A stretch of 17,367 nucleotides of DNA from Octopus sinensis (Eukaryota): NCBI RefSeq assembly GCF_006345805.1, contig NW_021824856.1, positions 1-17,367 on the forward strand. Reading direction: 5' to 3'. This document shows, in pieces, positions 1 to 8,989 of the stretch. The position numbers and the translations under genes are program-made. How positions within the stretch are numbered: position 1 is the stretch's first letter; each line of letters opens with the position of its first letter. The notes beneath the pieces were generated by a model. The model was given only the letters and a program-made list of their open reading frames with translations. It was not told the DNA's origin and did not search any database.

Positions 1-514
1 TATGTATTTCTAATCTATCAAATGAAGAAGGCGAACGATGATACAAATTGGATTTTTATGTAAAAAGATGTGTAATTGGGCCTGGAAGGGGATTACAATT
101 TAAAAGAGGGGGTAACTTGCGGTGAGAAATTGTTTGAGAGACTTTTGGGGCGCTACTGTGGTCGTTTTGGTGTGAAAATAGGGGTTTTATTGATTTTGGG
201 GGACAATTGAGGGTTTAGATTGGACACCTTTTGCCCGATTTCAATCAAATTTTCAACATGGTAAAGTAGAAGATTTGTAATTTAAGCACGGAAATCTAAT
301 TTTTTTATAAATGAGAGATAGATAGATAGAGAAAGATAAAAAGCAAGAGAAAGTGAGGGAGAGTCCGAGATAAAGGAAGAGTAAGAGAGTGGGGATGCGA
401 GAGAGAAAGGAGAGAGGAACAAAGAGGGTGAATATGGCGATAAGAAACAAAGGAAGCAACAGAAAGTAACAATCACACCCTCACCCACGCGTAGAGCGGG
501 TCACCTTAAGCTAG
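1..514 (+). mobile_element. 3' part of a non-autonomous Helitron-like element (copy 1)
   Basis: Ends in a GC-rich hairpin (CCCACGC-GTAGA-GCGGG, 484-500) 10 nt before CTAG|T (511-515), the Helitron 3' signature. Its purine-rich body (~305-514) recurs in reverse complement at 16672-17183. Inclusion of 1-300 is assumed. Confidence 0.6.
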
Positions 515-1020
515 TACTTATATGTACAATACTCTTCCGTAAGTATTTCTCTTGCTATGGCCATTTGGCTTTATCAAGCCAGTTGTAGAGATAGGTTCTT
601 GTTGGTTTGTTGTCTTTCATTATTGTGACATTTCTGTCCTTATATTTTGTATATTTGACTTGATGTTATAATAACTTTATATTGTGTTTTTATTGAATAG
701 TTTGTGACATTTGTGATTGGCAAGTAAATATTTACTCATTAAATATCATTGTTAAGCAATAACGTTGACCACTAATGTGCGTTTTGTTCAATATAATGAT
801 CATAATTTTTGTCTTAATGTAGAGCGTAAAGTAAAAACAAATGATAATGAAAAGTGGACTCAACTAAGAGATGATGTAAGAAATCAACGCTGTGTGAATA
901 GTTTAATCACTGGGGAAACAAACTATGTGAAAATGTAGTTGAACTGTTGTGTAATTTGGGGTACCTTTGTATATGTTTGTGTAATCTTTAACTCATCATT
1001 TTATATTTCATCATTTGTAG

Positions 1021-1196
1021 TTCTGCGTAGAGCTGAAACTGGGAAACGAAGAAAGGTGCTCTGGTGTGGTAGTTGCCAGCTACCTAGCCCACCACGGGGC
1101 CAACTTTTACTGTAAAAACAAAATTGGCAGAACACCATTGGACCTAATAGAAGAGGAAGATTTAAAAAAGATGTTAAAGACGTTATTCTCACCGCA
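1021..1196 (+). CDS. Coding exon A of an ankyrin-RING-death-domain (MIB-like) gene: last ankyrin repeat
   Basis: Acceptor tcatttgtAG (to 1020), donor CA|GTAAGT (1197). Translates FCVELKLGNEERCSGVVVASYLAHHGANFYCKNKIGRTPLDLIEEEDLKKMLKTLFSP. GANF..KN..G.TPLDL is ankyrin-like. The phase-2 end matches the next exon. Upstream exons lie outside the window. Confidence 0.85.
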
Positions 1197-1734
1197 GTAA
1201 GTATTCACTGGCAATGACAAGATAAACCATTACATTTTCTGTTTTGTATATAACCATGTTTATATGTTTCTATTGTTTTAATTCTACTGATACATTATAC
1301 TGTCTTAGTAGCTTAATGAAAGGTTAGACAACAACAGTAAGAAGAACAATAAACAATATGCAGATGTTAAGCTAATTAAAAGAAAGGACACTATTTTGAT
1401 TACATTCAAATGATTGGTTGCGTTGACTGTTATACCTCTCCTAAAATCCCCACCCACCTCTCTCAATTCCCTATTTTAAAGATTTGGGACGAATGAGAAA
1501 ATGTAGAAGTAAATAGTGAAGTGATGGAATTTATCTGTCTACCAACAGATTGTTCCTCTGTTTTCTCTGTCCCACCCAGTCATGTCCATGTGAGCTATCC
1601 TGAGAAAATCGCCTACAAACACATACAATGAGTGTACATACATGGATACATACATACATACATACGTATTTATACATGCATACATAGATACATACATGTA
1701 TATATATATATATATACATATATATACATATATA

Positions 1735-2144
1735 GGCGCAGGAGTGGCTGTGTGGTAAGAAGCTTGTTTACCAACCACATGGTTCCGGGTTCAGTCCCAC
1801 TGTGTGGCACCTTGGGCAAGTGTCTTCTACTATAGCCTTGGGCCGACCAAAGCCTTGTGAGTGGATTTGGTAGACGGAAACTGAAAGAAGCCCGTCGTAT
1901 ATATGTATATATATGTATGTGTGTGTATGTTTGTGTGTCTGTGTTTGTCCCCCTAGCATTGCTTGACAACCAATGCTGGTGTGTTTATGTCCCCGTCACT
2001 TAGCGGTTCGGCAAAAGAGACCGATAGAATAAGTACTGGGCTTACAAAGAATAAGTCCCGGGGTCGTGTTACTCGATTAAAGGCGGTGCACCAGCATGGC
2101 CGCAGTCAAAATGACTGAAACAAGTAAAAAGAGAAAAGAGAGAA

Positions 2145-2146
<2 letters not shown>
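1735..2146 (+). mobile_element. tRNA-derived composite SINE, copy 1
   Basis: GGCGCAGGAG start, A-box-like TGGCTGTGTGG, B-box-like GGTTCAGTCCC, internal (TA/TG)n tract, 3' part ending CAGCATGGCCGCAGTC..TGACTGAAACAAGTAAAA. Two homologous copies at 7739 and 13734. Confidence 0.88.
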
Positions 2147-2194
<48 letters not shown>

Positions 2195-2217
2195 TATATA
2201 TATTATATATATATATA

Positions 2218-3719
2218 CTGTGGGGAGGAAATAAATATTCGTCTGTCAAAATTCTTTATTTAATTTCTAATGAACATAAATGGGATATACCAATACTATA
2301 TTTGCATATACATGCATAAACTAAGAATATGCAAAAGAAACTAATAAATTATAGTAACTAATGAATTTATATACAATCATAAATATTTAGGGGTGAAAAA
2401 AGTATTCGTACAGAATAAATGTATGATTTTCTATGCCACAAAATACTGTTAAAATATTTTTTTACTAGAAATTTCTTGTTTATTCCAATAATCTTATCAG
2501 TTTTCATTTTTGAGTGTCAAAACACTAGCTTCTTCATTCAGCACTGAGACAACATAAAGTGATATCGCAATAATGGCGAAAAGTAAAGAACTCGCAAATT
2601 CAGTGAAAAACTTAATTATTGAACTGTAGAAAGTAGGTAAAAATTACAGGAAAATATCAGAGACACTTTGTATTCCGCTTACTACCATATCTTCATTTAT
2701 TCAAAGATATAAGGAATCGGGAACTGTTGAAAACAGAATAAGATCCGGAGCACCACGCAAGATTTCCCCAAGATCTTTAAGAAAAATGAAGCGAAGAATC
2801 GGAAAAAAACGCAATAATCACCAGAAAGGAGTTTTCATAGGAATGAACTGAAGTCACGCTCTCCTAGAAAAACTCCTCTGTTGACTAAAAGGCATAGAGA
2901 TGCCCGTTTAAAATTTGTTATGAACATAAAGATAAATCTGATACATTCTGGGAAAATGTTCTATGGACAGACGAGACGAAAATTGAATTGTTTGGACGAA
3001 ATTCGCTTACCCATGTTTGGAGTAAAAACACAATTCCTACCGTAAAGATTGGAGGTGTGGGGGTGTTTCTCTGCAAATGGTACTGGCAATTGACATGTGA
3101 TAGATGGTAGAATGAATGCAAGATGTACCAAAATATTTTGAACAATAATTTATGCGACTCTGTTGAAAAGCTCCAGCTTTGTGAAGGGTGGGTTTTACAA
3201 CAGGGTAACGGCCCTAAGCACACGGTGAAGTCTACCAAATATGGATTGTCAATCACAATATAAAATTATTGTAATGGCCAAGCCTGTCACCTGACTTGAA
3301 CCCCATTGAAAATTTGTGGCGTTATTTGAAAACTGAAATTCAAGAGCCCCAACATGCATTACAGATTTGAAGAAAATTTGTCAAGAAGAATAGGAAAAAA
3401 TTCCTAAAGAAACATGCGAGTCATTGGTGAAGAACTACAAGAAGAGATTGGTTGAAGTGGAACTGAATAATGGTTATGCTACGAAGTATCATATCAGAAT
3501 TATCAGTTATTTATATTCTGCACGAATACTTTTTTCACCCCTAAATATTTATAATTTTATATAAATTCCTTAGTTACTATAATTTATTAGTTTCTTTTGC
3601 ATATTCTTAGTTTATGCATCTGTATGCAAATATTTAACAGTGGTATATCCCATTTATGTTCATTAGAAATTAAATAAATAAAGAATTTTGACATGCACGA
3701 ATATTTATTTCCCCCCGTG
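2218..3719 (+). mobile_element. Tc1/mariner DNA transposon with ~200-bp TIRs (IR/DR type), non-functional
   Basis: Inverted repeats 2218-2417 and 3514-3719, each with outer (AAATAAATATTCGT) and inner (AAAAAAGTATTCGT) direct repeats. Flanked by TA on both sides. Contains a decayed transposase. Confidence 0.95.
2573..3489 (+). pseudogene. Tc1-family DD34E transposase pseudogene
   Basis: MAKSKELANSVKNLIIEL*KVGKNYRKISETL..RSGAPRKIS (HTH region), RKTPLLTKRHRDARLKF, WENVLWTDETKIELFG, VWGCFS, LQQGNGPKH (QQDN decayed), WPSLSPDLNPIENLW. Several stops and frameshifts. Confidence 0.95.
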
Positions 3720-3740
3720 TATATATATATATATATATAG

Positions 3741-3795
3741 AAATTCGGGATGAGTACTTGATAATTATAAGCACCTGTGTATACCGTTTGGTGGT
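3741..3795. repeat. Short dispersed repeat; partner in opposite orientation at 13039-13090
   Basis: AAATTCGGGATGAGTACTTGATAATTATAAGCACCTGTGTATACCGTTTGGTGGT is about 90% identical by eye to the reverse complement of 13039-13090. Both copies abut (TA)n. Confidence 0.8.
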
Positions 3796-3851
3796 GTAGG
3801 TGGTGGAGTAAATTGATCAAAATAAAATAAAAACATGATGCGAAGGATTCA

Positions 3852-3929
3852 GCGGTACATATGTTTCGGGCCTTTATTAGACAGATTTATAACAATGCAT
3901 AATGTATGTCTGTGGCCTTCTTCAGCCGC
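3852..3929 (-). ncRNA. Type I hammerhead ribozyme motif (left arm)
   Basis: Exact reverse complement of 4207-4284. Confidence 0.7.
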
Positions 3930-4206
3930 GCACAACAGCTTCCACAAGGACATGTGTTACATCAAAAATTCTTGGTTGGGGATGCAAATCCTCTCATTCA
4001 CGCACGACATAATGCGGCAGCAGCATAGAGTTGAAGCGTCCATCTCTTTCTTCTCTCAATGTAGAATGATTCTACATTGAGAGAAGAAAGAGATGGACGC
4101 TTCAACTCTATGCTGCTGCCGCATTATGTCGTGCGTGAATGAGAGGATTTGCATCCCCAACCAAGAATTTTTGATGTAACACATGTCCTTGTGGAAGCTG
4201 TTGTGC

Positions 4207-4284
4207 GCGGCTGAAGAAGGCCACAGACATACATTATGCATTGTTATAAATCTGTCTAATAAAGGCCCGAAACATATGTACCGC
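4207..4284 (+). ncRNA. Type I hammerhead ribozyme motif (right arm)
   Basis: Stem I GCGG(4207-10)/CCGC(4281-84). Core CUGAAGA (4211-17). Stem II GGCC-ACAGA...UCUGU..GGCC. GAAA (4269-72). Palindromic stem III ACAUAUGU (4272-79). Cleavage triplet GUA, cut after 4280. The A.C pair at 10.1-11.1 is non-canonical. Confidence 0.7.
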
Positions 4285-4454
4285 TGAATCCTTCGCATCA
4301 TGTTTTTATTTTATATATATATATATATAGATATATATACATATACGCACACACACACACACATACATATATATACATATATATATATATATAGGGAGAG
4401 TTTACGAAAAAAACAAAAGACGATGACAGGTGGTATTGAAGGAATAGAAAAAGT

Positions 4455-4490
4455 CTTTTACGTTTCGAGCCTTCGCTCTTCTACAGAAAG
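4455..4490 (-). ncRNA. Minimal hammerhead-like motif inside a ~180-bp probable PLE terminal fragment (~4394-4577)
   Basis: Minus strand reads CUUU-CUGUAGA-A-GAGC-GAAG-GCUC-GAA-ACGU-A-AAAG: stem I CUUU/AAAG, stem II GAGC/GCUC, palindromic stem III ACGU. Core A6 is U. Confidence 0.55.
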
Positions 4491-4576
4491 GGACACGGAA
4501 AAAAAAACAAGGATAGAAACAAGGAGAGAAAAAAATGTGTGTAGCGGCTAACAATCTATCATGGCGACTGACTCGG

Positions 4577-4646
<70 letters not shown>

Positions 4647-4978
4647 ATATATATAAGTGAATTATATTTCTGGAATATATGTTGTTCACTTTGCGTAAAT
4701 CAGTTTTTGTGATGTATCAATGTCATGACATATACTTATTAATATTTGTGTCCATTTATATATATATATGTGTGTGTATGTGTGTGTGTGTGTGTGCCTG
4801 TGTCTGTGTCTGTGTGTCTGTGTTTCTGTGTCTGCATTTATATACTCACAAATTCGCCCATATGTAATTGTTTAATTGTGGTGTCGCATAATATTCTCTA
4901 CTGTAAATATGCACACAATGTAATATTTGTTATAAATGAATGTTATTAATGGGATGTGTTCATGTTTTTGTTCCTCAG

Positions 4979-5121
4979 ATGTGTGTTTTGTGAAGACGAA
5001 GTGGCCACAGAGACGTTCTTTCCATGTAAACATCTTTCGCTGTGTAAGAAATGCTGTCCCCAAAAGATACCTAAACAATGCCTCAAGTGTGGACAGAATA
5101 TAACGAGCAAAAATAGTTTGG
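4979..5121 (+). CDS. Coding exon B: C3HC4 RING finger (MIB/IAP-type spacing)
   Basis: Acceptor ttcctcAG (4977-78), donor TGG|GTAAGA (5122). (Q)CVFCEDEVATETFFPCKHLSLCKKCCPQKIPKQCLKCGQNITSKNSL gives C-x2-C-x11-C-x-H-x3-C-x2-C-x8-C-x2-C. Phases 2 and 1 fit the neighbouring exons. Confidence 0.92.
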
Positions 5122-5998
5122 GTAAGATCTGTCTGTTTGTCTCTTGGGCTTTATGGTGTGGAATATTGCATTTCATGTTGTTGTGTAGATCCAGTTCTGA
5201 CTTAATCAAGCACACTTTTGATAAAAGATGTTCCAGGTGTCTTTTCTCTGTCATATTATGTCTCTCTCACTACTCCCACTAAACATTGTTCTTGTCCAAT
5301 TAGAAGACTTGTCACACTTCAAGATGGTTGCTTTCTGCAACATAAAAATAATAAAGAATACTGAATTATAAATGGTGACTAAATACCAATAAATCACCAA
5401 GGTTCTATCAGTAAATACCGACATCTTGTGTGTGATTAGAGTGATTAATGATTTATCAATATCTTCGGAAGCCGATAATTAAAAACAACTGCATTTATAT
5501 GAATATCAGAGTGAGCCTTTATAAAATAGGAGACTCAATAAGAAAATCTCAACTGAGGGTTTAGGGACCAACATTAGAGAGGGGACATCAAAAGGGTGGG
5601 AAACTTTGATTGATGTATAGATTAGTATTCCGAGTATCAGTTCTTCTGAACCGTTTCAAATATTTTCACAGCAATAATGCGTGGATGACAAGTTTTATGT
5701 CGTTAATGAGGTTTTGTGTGAATATAGTGTTTTAATTTAGGACACAAGATATCACTTCCTGTTAGACCTGATGTCACTTTCTGTTCGACCTGCTTTATTC
5801 AGGAGGATGAATGACATTGAAATATCTTCAGATATTTCCCCACATCTGATTACATTCTGGAGAACTGTGATGTGGGTAATTAAAATTAAAGATTACTAGT
5901 AGTAACCAATAACAAAGAGAGCAAGTGTATATATATATATACATATATATCTATCTATATATATATATATATAGAGAGAGAGAGATAGATAGATAGAT

Positions 5999-6500
5999 AT
6001 ATTGTTGTTTTTGGGAATGGTCATTTTGCCAGTTTAGCCAATAAAAACACACGCACTATATATTTGGTGTTACTTTGCTTCAGTCTTATTTATTTTTTAC
6101 ATTAATCTTAATCTTATTTCGGCCAAAAGCAAAAACAAATTACACGTACGTATATAAACAGAAGATACAAATATTACAGGCACTTCAACCCCCCCCCACG
6201 CACACTAACTAAACATAGACACACATAAAGATATACGCATGCGCAAATGAAGACACGTACAATAGGAATACAAAATACAAAAGGGCTGATGGTTAGTAAG
6301 GAGAGACACACAAATAAGAAAGAAGAAAGCAAAGGACCACTGATGAGGTCACAGGAGTGTGATGAAAGAACTCTTGCCGAAATAAGATTAAGATTAAAGT
6401 AAAAAATAAATAACGCTGAAGCAAAGTAACACTAAATATATAGTGCGTGTGTTTTTATTGGCTAAACTGGCAAAATGACCATTCCTAAATACAACAATAT
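5999..6500. mobile_element. Inverted-repeat structure (125-bp arms, 252-bp spacer), probable Penelope-like remnant
   Basis: 5999-6123 is the reverse complement of 6376-6500 with 6 mismatches counted by eye. The spacer ends with CUGAUGA-GGUCA.. (6340), and CC-GAAA falls at the arm junction. The family assignment is inference. Confidence 0.6.
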
Positions 6501-6994
6501 CTGTTTCAACACACGATTTCACATCAAAAATCTTGCAAAACAAATAGATAGATATAGATATATATCCGTCTGGAAGTGGTGTGTCGTGTTTGAGGCTAGG
6601 ACTTCGATGCTCAACTTGGTTGACACTGGATTTAAGCAGAAGATGAGACGAATGTTGATTAGAGATGTCTTGTCATAGATCTGGCACAAACATAAGAAAA
6701 CCAAAACGAAGCTAAGAGAAAATCGGTTATTAGGGGATAATTAAATGAAATAATTTCAGAATTGTTAGAATTGTTGGATGACTTAAGAGACAGAGAAGGG
6801 TTGTTAAGTGTAGTCTATTCTGTTGTGGACTTAAATATTGAACCATTACTTGGACCCACTGTAGAAAGCATACAAATGTTCTACAAAAGCATGTTGTCAT
6901 CAGTGATGACACGAATGTCTCACAATAATAAAATATCGATTATTAGAAAGGATAAAGAAATTTTACTAAAACCACTTTGAAATGTATTTTTCAG

Positions 6995-7045
6995 TTGGTC
7001 CAAATTCGTCAAATATGGAAGTCCAGATGGTGGCAGGACCAGTTG
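6995..7045 (+). CDS. Probable coding mini-exon C (51 nt, phase 1-1 linker)
   Basis: Acceptor gtatttttcAG (6993-94), donor TTG|GTGAGT (7046). Translates (V)GPNSSNMEVQMVAGPV and keeps the frame between exons B and D. Being symmetric, it could be skipped. Confidence 0.6.
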
Positions 7046-7079
7046 GTGAGTATGAAATAACTGTACCTAATTATGTTAT

Positions 7080-7294
7080 CCCATAAGAGGCATAGGGTTG
7101 GTTTCCCGGTTTCTCTAGCGTATACATTCCTCCCTGAATAGGACACTAGTTCGCTGTAAAATTACTTATTTTTGCCAGCTGAGTGAATGGAAGTGTTTTG
7201 CTCAAGAACGCACGTATTGCCTGGTGAAGGAATCGAAACCCCAATCTTACAATCATGAGTCAAATACCCTAACCATTAAGCCCTGCGCCTCCAC
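7080..7294 (-). mobile_element. tRNA-derived SINE, related in its 5' part to 14525-14884
   Basis: Minus strand: GTGGAGGCGCAGGGCTTAATGGTTAGGG (A-box-like), TTCGATTCC (B-box-like), TTGAGCAAAACACTT..CACTCAGCTG, then AGAAACCGGGAAACC. Confidence 0.75.
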
Positions 7295-7738
7295 TTGCTA
7301 TGACCAATTCGTTGCCATAAAACACAAGCAATGGAAAAATTTATAGAAATCAATGTACCTAACTGATTCCTATAAATTCTCCACCCCCTGAGCTGTTTTG
7401 TTTGTCAGAAGGACTGAGAACAGGGCCCATCTCTAATCTCCATTTGAAATGTTAGCTGCAAAAGGAGTCGATGAAATATATCGCTGAAATTTCATAAAAT
7501 CTTTGTTGCCTTGGATGGAAAAATGGATAAATTAGAAAACACAATAGAGTTAATATTGTCTTTTGGAACCAAGAACTAAGATATGTTGTTGTGTAGGGGT
7601 AAACAGGTGAACAGAAACTAGAAAAATGTGGACCAAAATCATAATGGTTACCAATTGACCATTACTGATAGGAATGTCTCTCAATAATGTAAAAAATTGC
7701 GTTTTTTGAAAGTTTAACTGTAAAGTAATTCTATTAAA

Positions 7739-7892
7739 GAGTGTCTGTGTGGTAAGTAGCTTGCTTACCGACCACATGGTTCCGGGTTCAGTCCCACTGC
7801 GTGGCACCTTGGACAAATGTCTTCTACTATAGCCTCGGGCCGAGCAAGGCCTTTTGAGTGGATTTGGTAGACGGAAACAGAAATAAACTCGT

Positions 7893-7935
<43 letters not shown>

Positions 7936-8160
7936 ATATGCTTGTGTGTCTGTGTTTGTTCCCCCAACATCACTTGACAACCGATGCTGGTTTGTTTACG
8001 TCCCCGTAACTTATTTGTTCGAGAAAAGAGACCAATAGAATAAGTACCAGGCTTACAAAGAATAAGTCCTGGGGTTGATATGCTCGACTAAAAGCGGTGC
8101 TCCAGCATGGCCACAGTCAGCTCACTGAAACAAATAAAAGAGTAAAGAGTAAAAGAGAGA
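7739..8160 (+). mobile_element. tRNA-derived composite SINE, copy 2
   Basis: Co-linear with 1735-2146, including the internal (TA)n and the CAGCATGGCCACAGTC..TGAAACAAATAAAAG end, followed by TAAAAGAG tail repeats. Confidence 0.88.
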
Positions 8161-8162
8161 AG

Positions 8163-8960
8163 ACAGGAATCCCTGAATGTGTGGAACTTGCATTTTGAAT
8201 CTGGGATGCGATAGAAGATACAAAGAAGAACAAAAACGATTTGAATGTTGTATGGCTTGATCAGGTTAATGCTTATCGTTCTGTACTACACGAGTTGTTG
8301 CTGAAAACAACGGACGTCTTTTATATACGAGAAAAGATTGAGAATCTAATGAAGAGTTGCTGTAATAATTTCAAAATGTGCTTCAGGACAGAATATTTCA
8401 CAACAGACTCGCATTGTCTGGAGACTGGAATTGCCGTGGGTTGCACAATATCAGTCATTTTGTTTGTACTTGTTATGGAAATGTTTATTAGATCAGCAGA
8501 TTGATCAGAAGAAATAACTCGAGTGAAGTCCCCTAAGACGACATTAATGGATGACATAAGAAAACAAACAACAGAGCAAAAGGATATGCAAATAGTTCTG
8601 AATAGACTGTATTAATTAATTAGTTGGTCAAGAATAGGGTTGAAGGCAAATAAATGTTGCCGTCATTTGCCAAAGCTCAGCAGAAATAAGTGAAATTCAA
8701 AGTAGCAGAAGAAAGCATGTCAAAGGTTAAAGAGAAACTGTTTAGGGTGATGGTACACTACCTCATTGTCCCACAAGAGTAGAGGCATCGAGATAATAGC
8801 ACAAAAAGAAGACATCTTATAAGCAATAGATAAGCCAAAACTTTTGGGGAATAAAGGGTTTTAAAGAACTTCTTATTAAGGAGTCTTAAAATATTTCCTG
8901 AATCAGATGATGTTCTTGTGAACTGGGATGTGCGGAGTTACGATTCAAGATTACCAACAT
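8163..8960 (+). mobile_element. Decayed non-LTR retrotransposon RT fragment, RLE-type (HERO/NeSL/R2-like)
   Basis: TGIPECVELAF*IWDAIEDTKKNKNDLNVVWLDQVNAYRSVLHEL...ETGIAVGCTISVILFVLVMEM...LMDDI resembles the WLDLANAYGSVPH, GI..GCTISVILF and FMDD motifs. Stops and frameshifts present. The 3' boundary is approximate. Confidence 0.8.
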
Positions 8961-8989
8961 CAACCCTTAACAAAGATGTCAGGTGTATG

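Larger units (their letters stand above)
3822..4314. repeat. Perfect palindrome: two 246-bp arms, 1-nt spacer (G4068); probable Penelope-like inverted terminal fragment
   Basis: Centre GTAGAAT-G-ATTCTAC. No mismatch found by eye out to 3822/4314, which explains the twin 81-aa ORFs. Each arm carries a hammerhead motif. Confidence 0.95.
6560..7610 (+). repeat. Copy 1 of an old exon-containing duplicated block (copy 2 at ~8990-9735)
   Basis: Shared co-linear motifs: TAAGCAGAAGATGAGA, TCTATT.TGTTGTGGAC, GTGAGTAT.AAAT, TACCTAA.TGATT.CTATAAATT, GTTAGCTGCAAAA, GGGTAAACAG. This copy is interrupted by a SINE at 7080-7294. Confidence 0.8.

Noticed and set aside
1531-1969. Several 60-100 aa ORFs rich in Y/I/C/V/H/T (also at 4300-4949, 13288-14511 and 16320-16675)
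   Set aside because: They are translations of (TA)n/(CA)n microsatellites and SINE bodies.
3835-4301. Two near-identical 81-aa ORFs on opposite strands
   Set aside because: They are a by-product of the palindrome. There is no recognisable domain, and they lie in an intron.
4956-5282. 108-aa ORF as a stand-alone RING gene
   Set aside because: Only 4979-5121 is bounded by splice sites. The hydrophobic start and the tail after GTAAGA are intron read-through.
5600-5665. CTGAT and GAAAC words on the minus strand as another hammerhead
   Set aside because: The core is incomplete (CUGAUAC) and no consistent stems could be drawn.
5803-5875. Possible extra exon (ttattcAG ... TGG|GTAATT)
   Set aside because: In the phase required after exon B it reads GGA TGA (stop), and its length does not preserve the frame.
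6475-6980. ORFs 6475-6678 and 6762-6980, with apparent amino-acid similarity to ~9060-9290
   Set aside because: The similarity is explained by the DNA-level duplication. Both copies contain multiple stops and show no recognisable domain.
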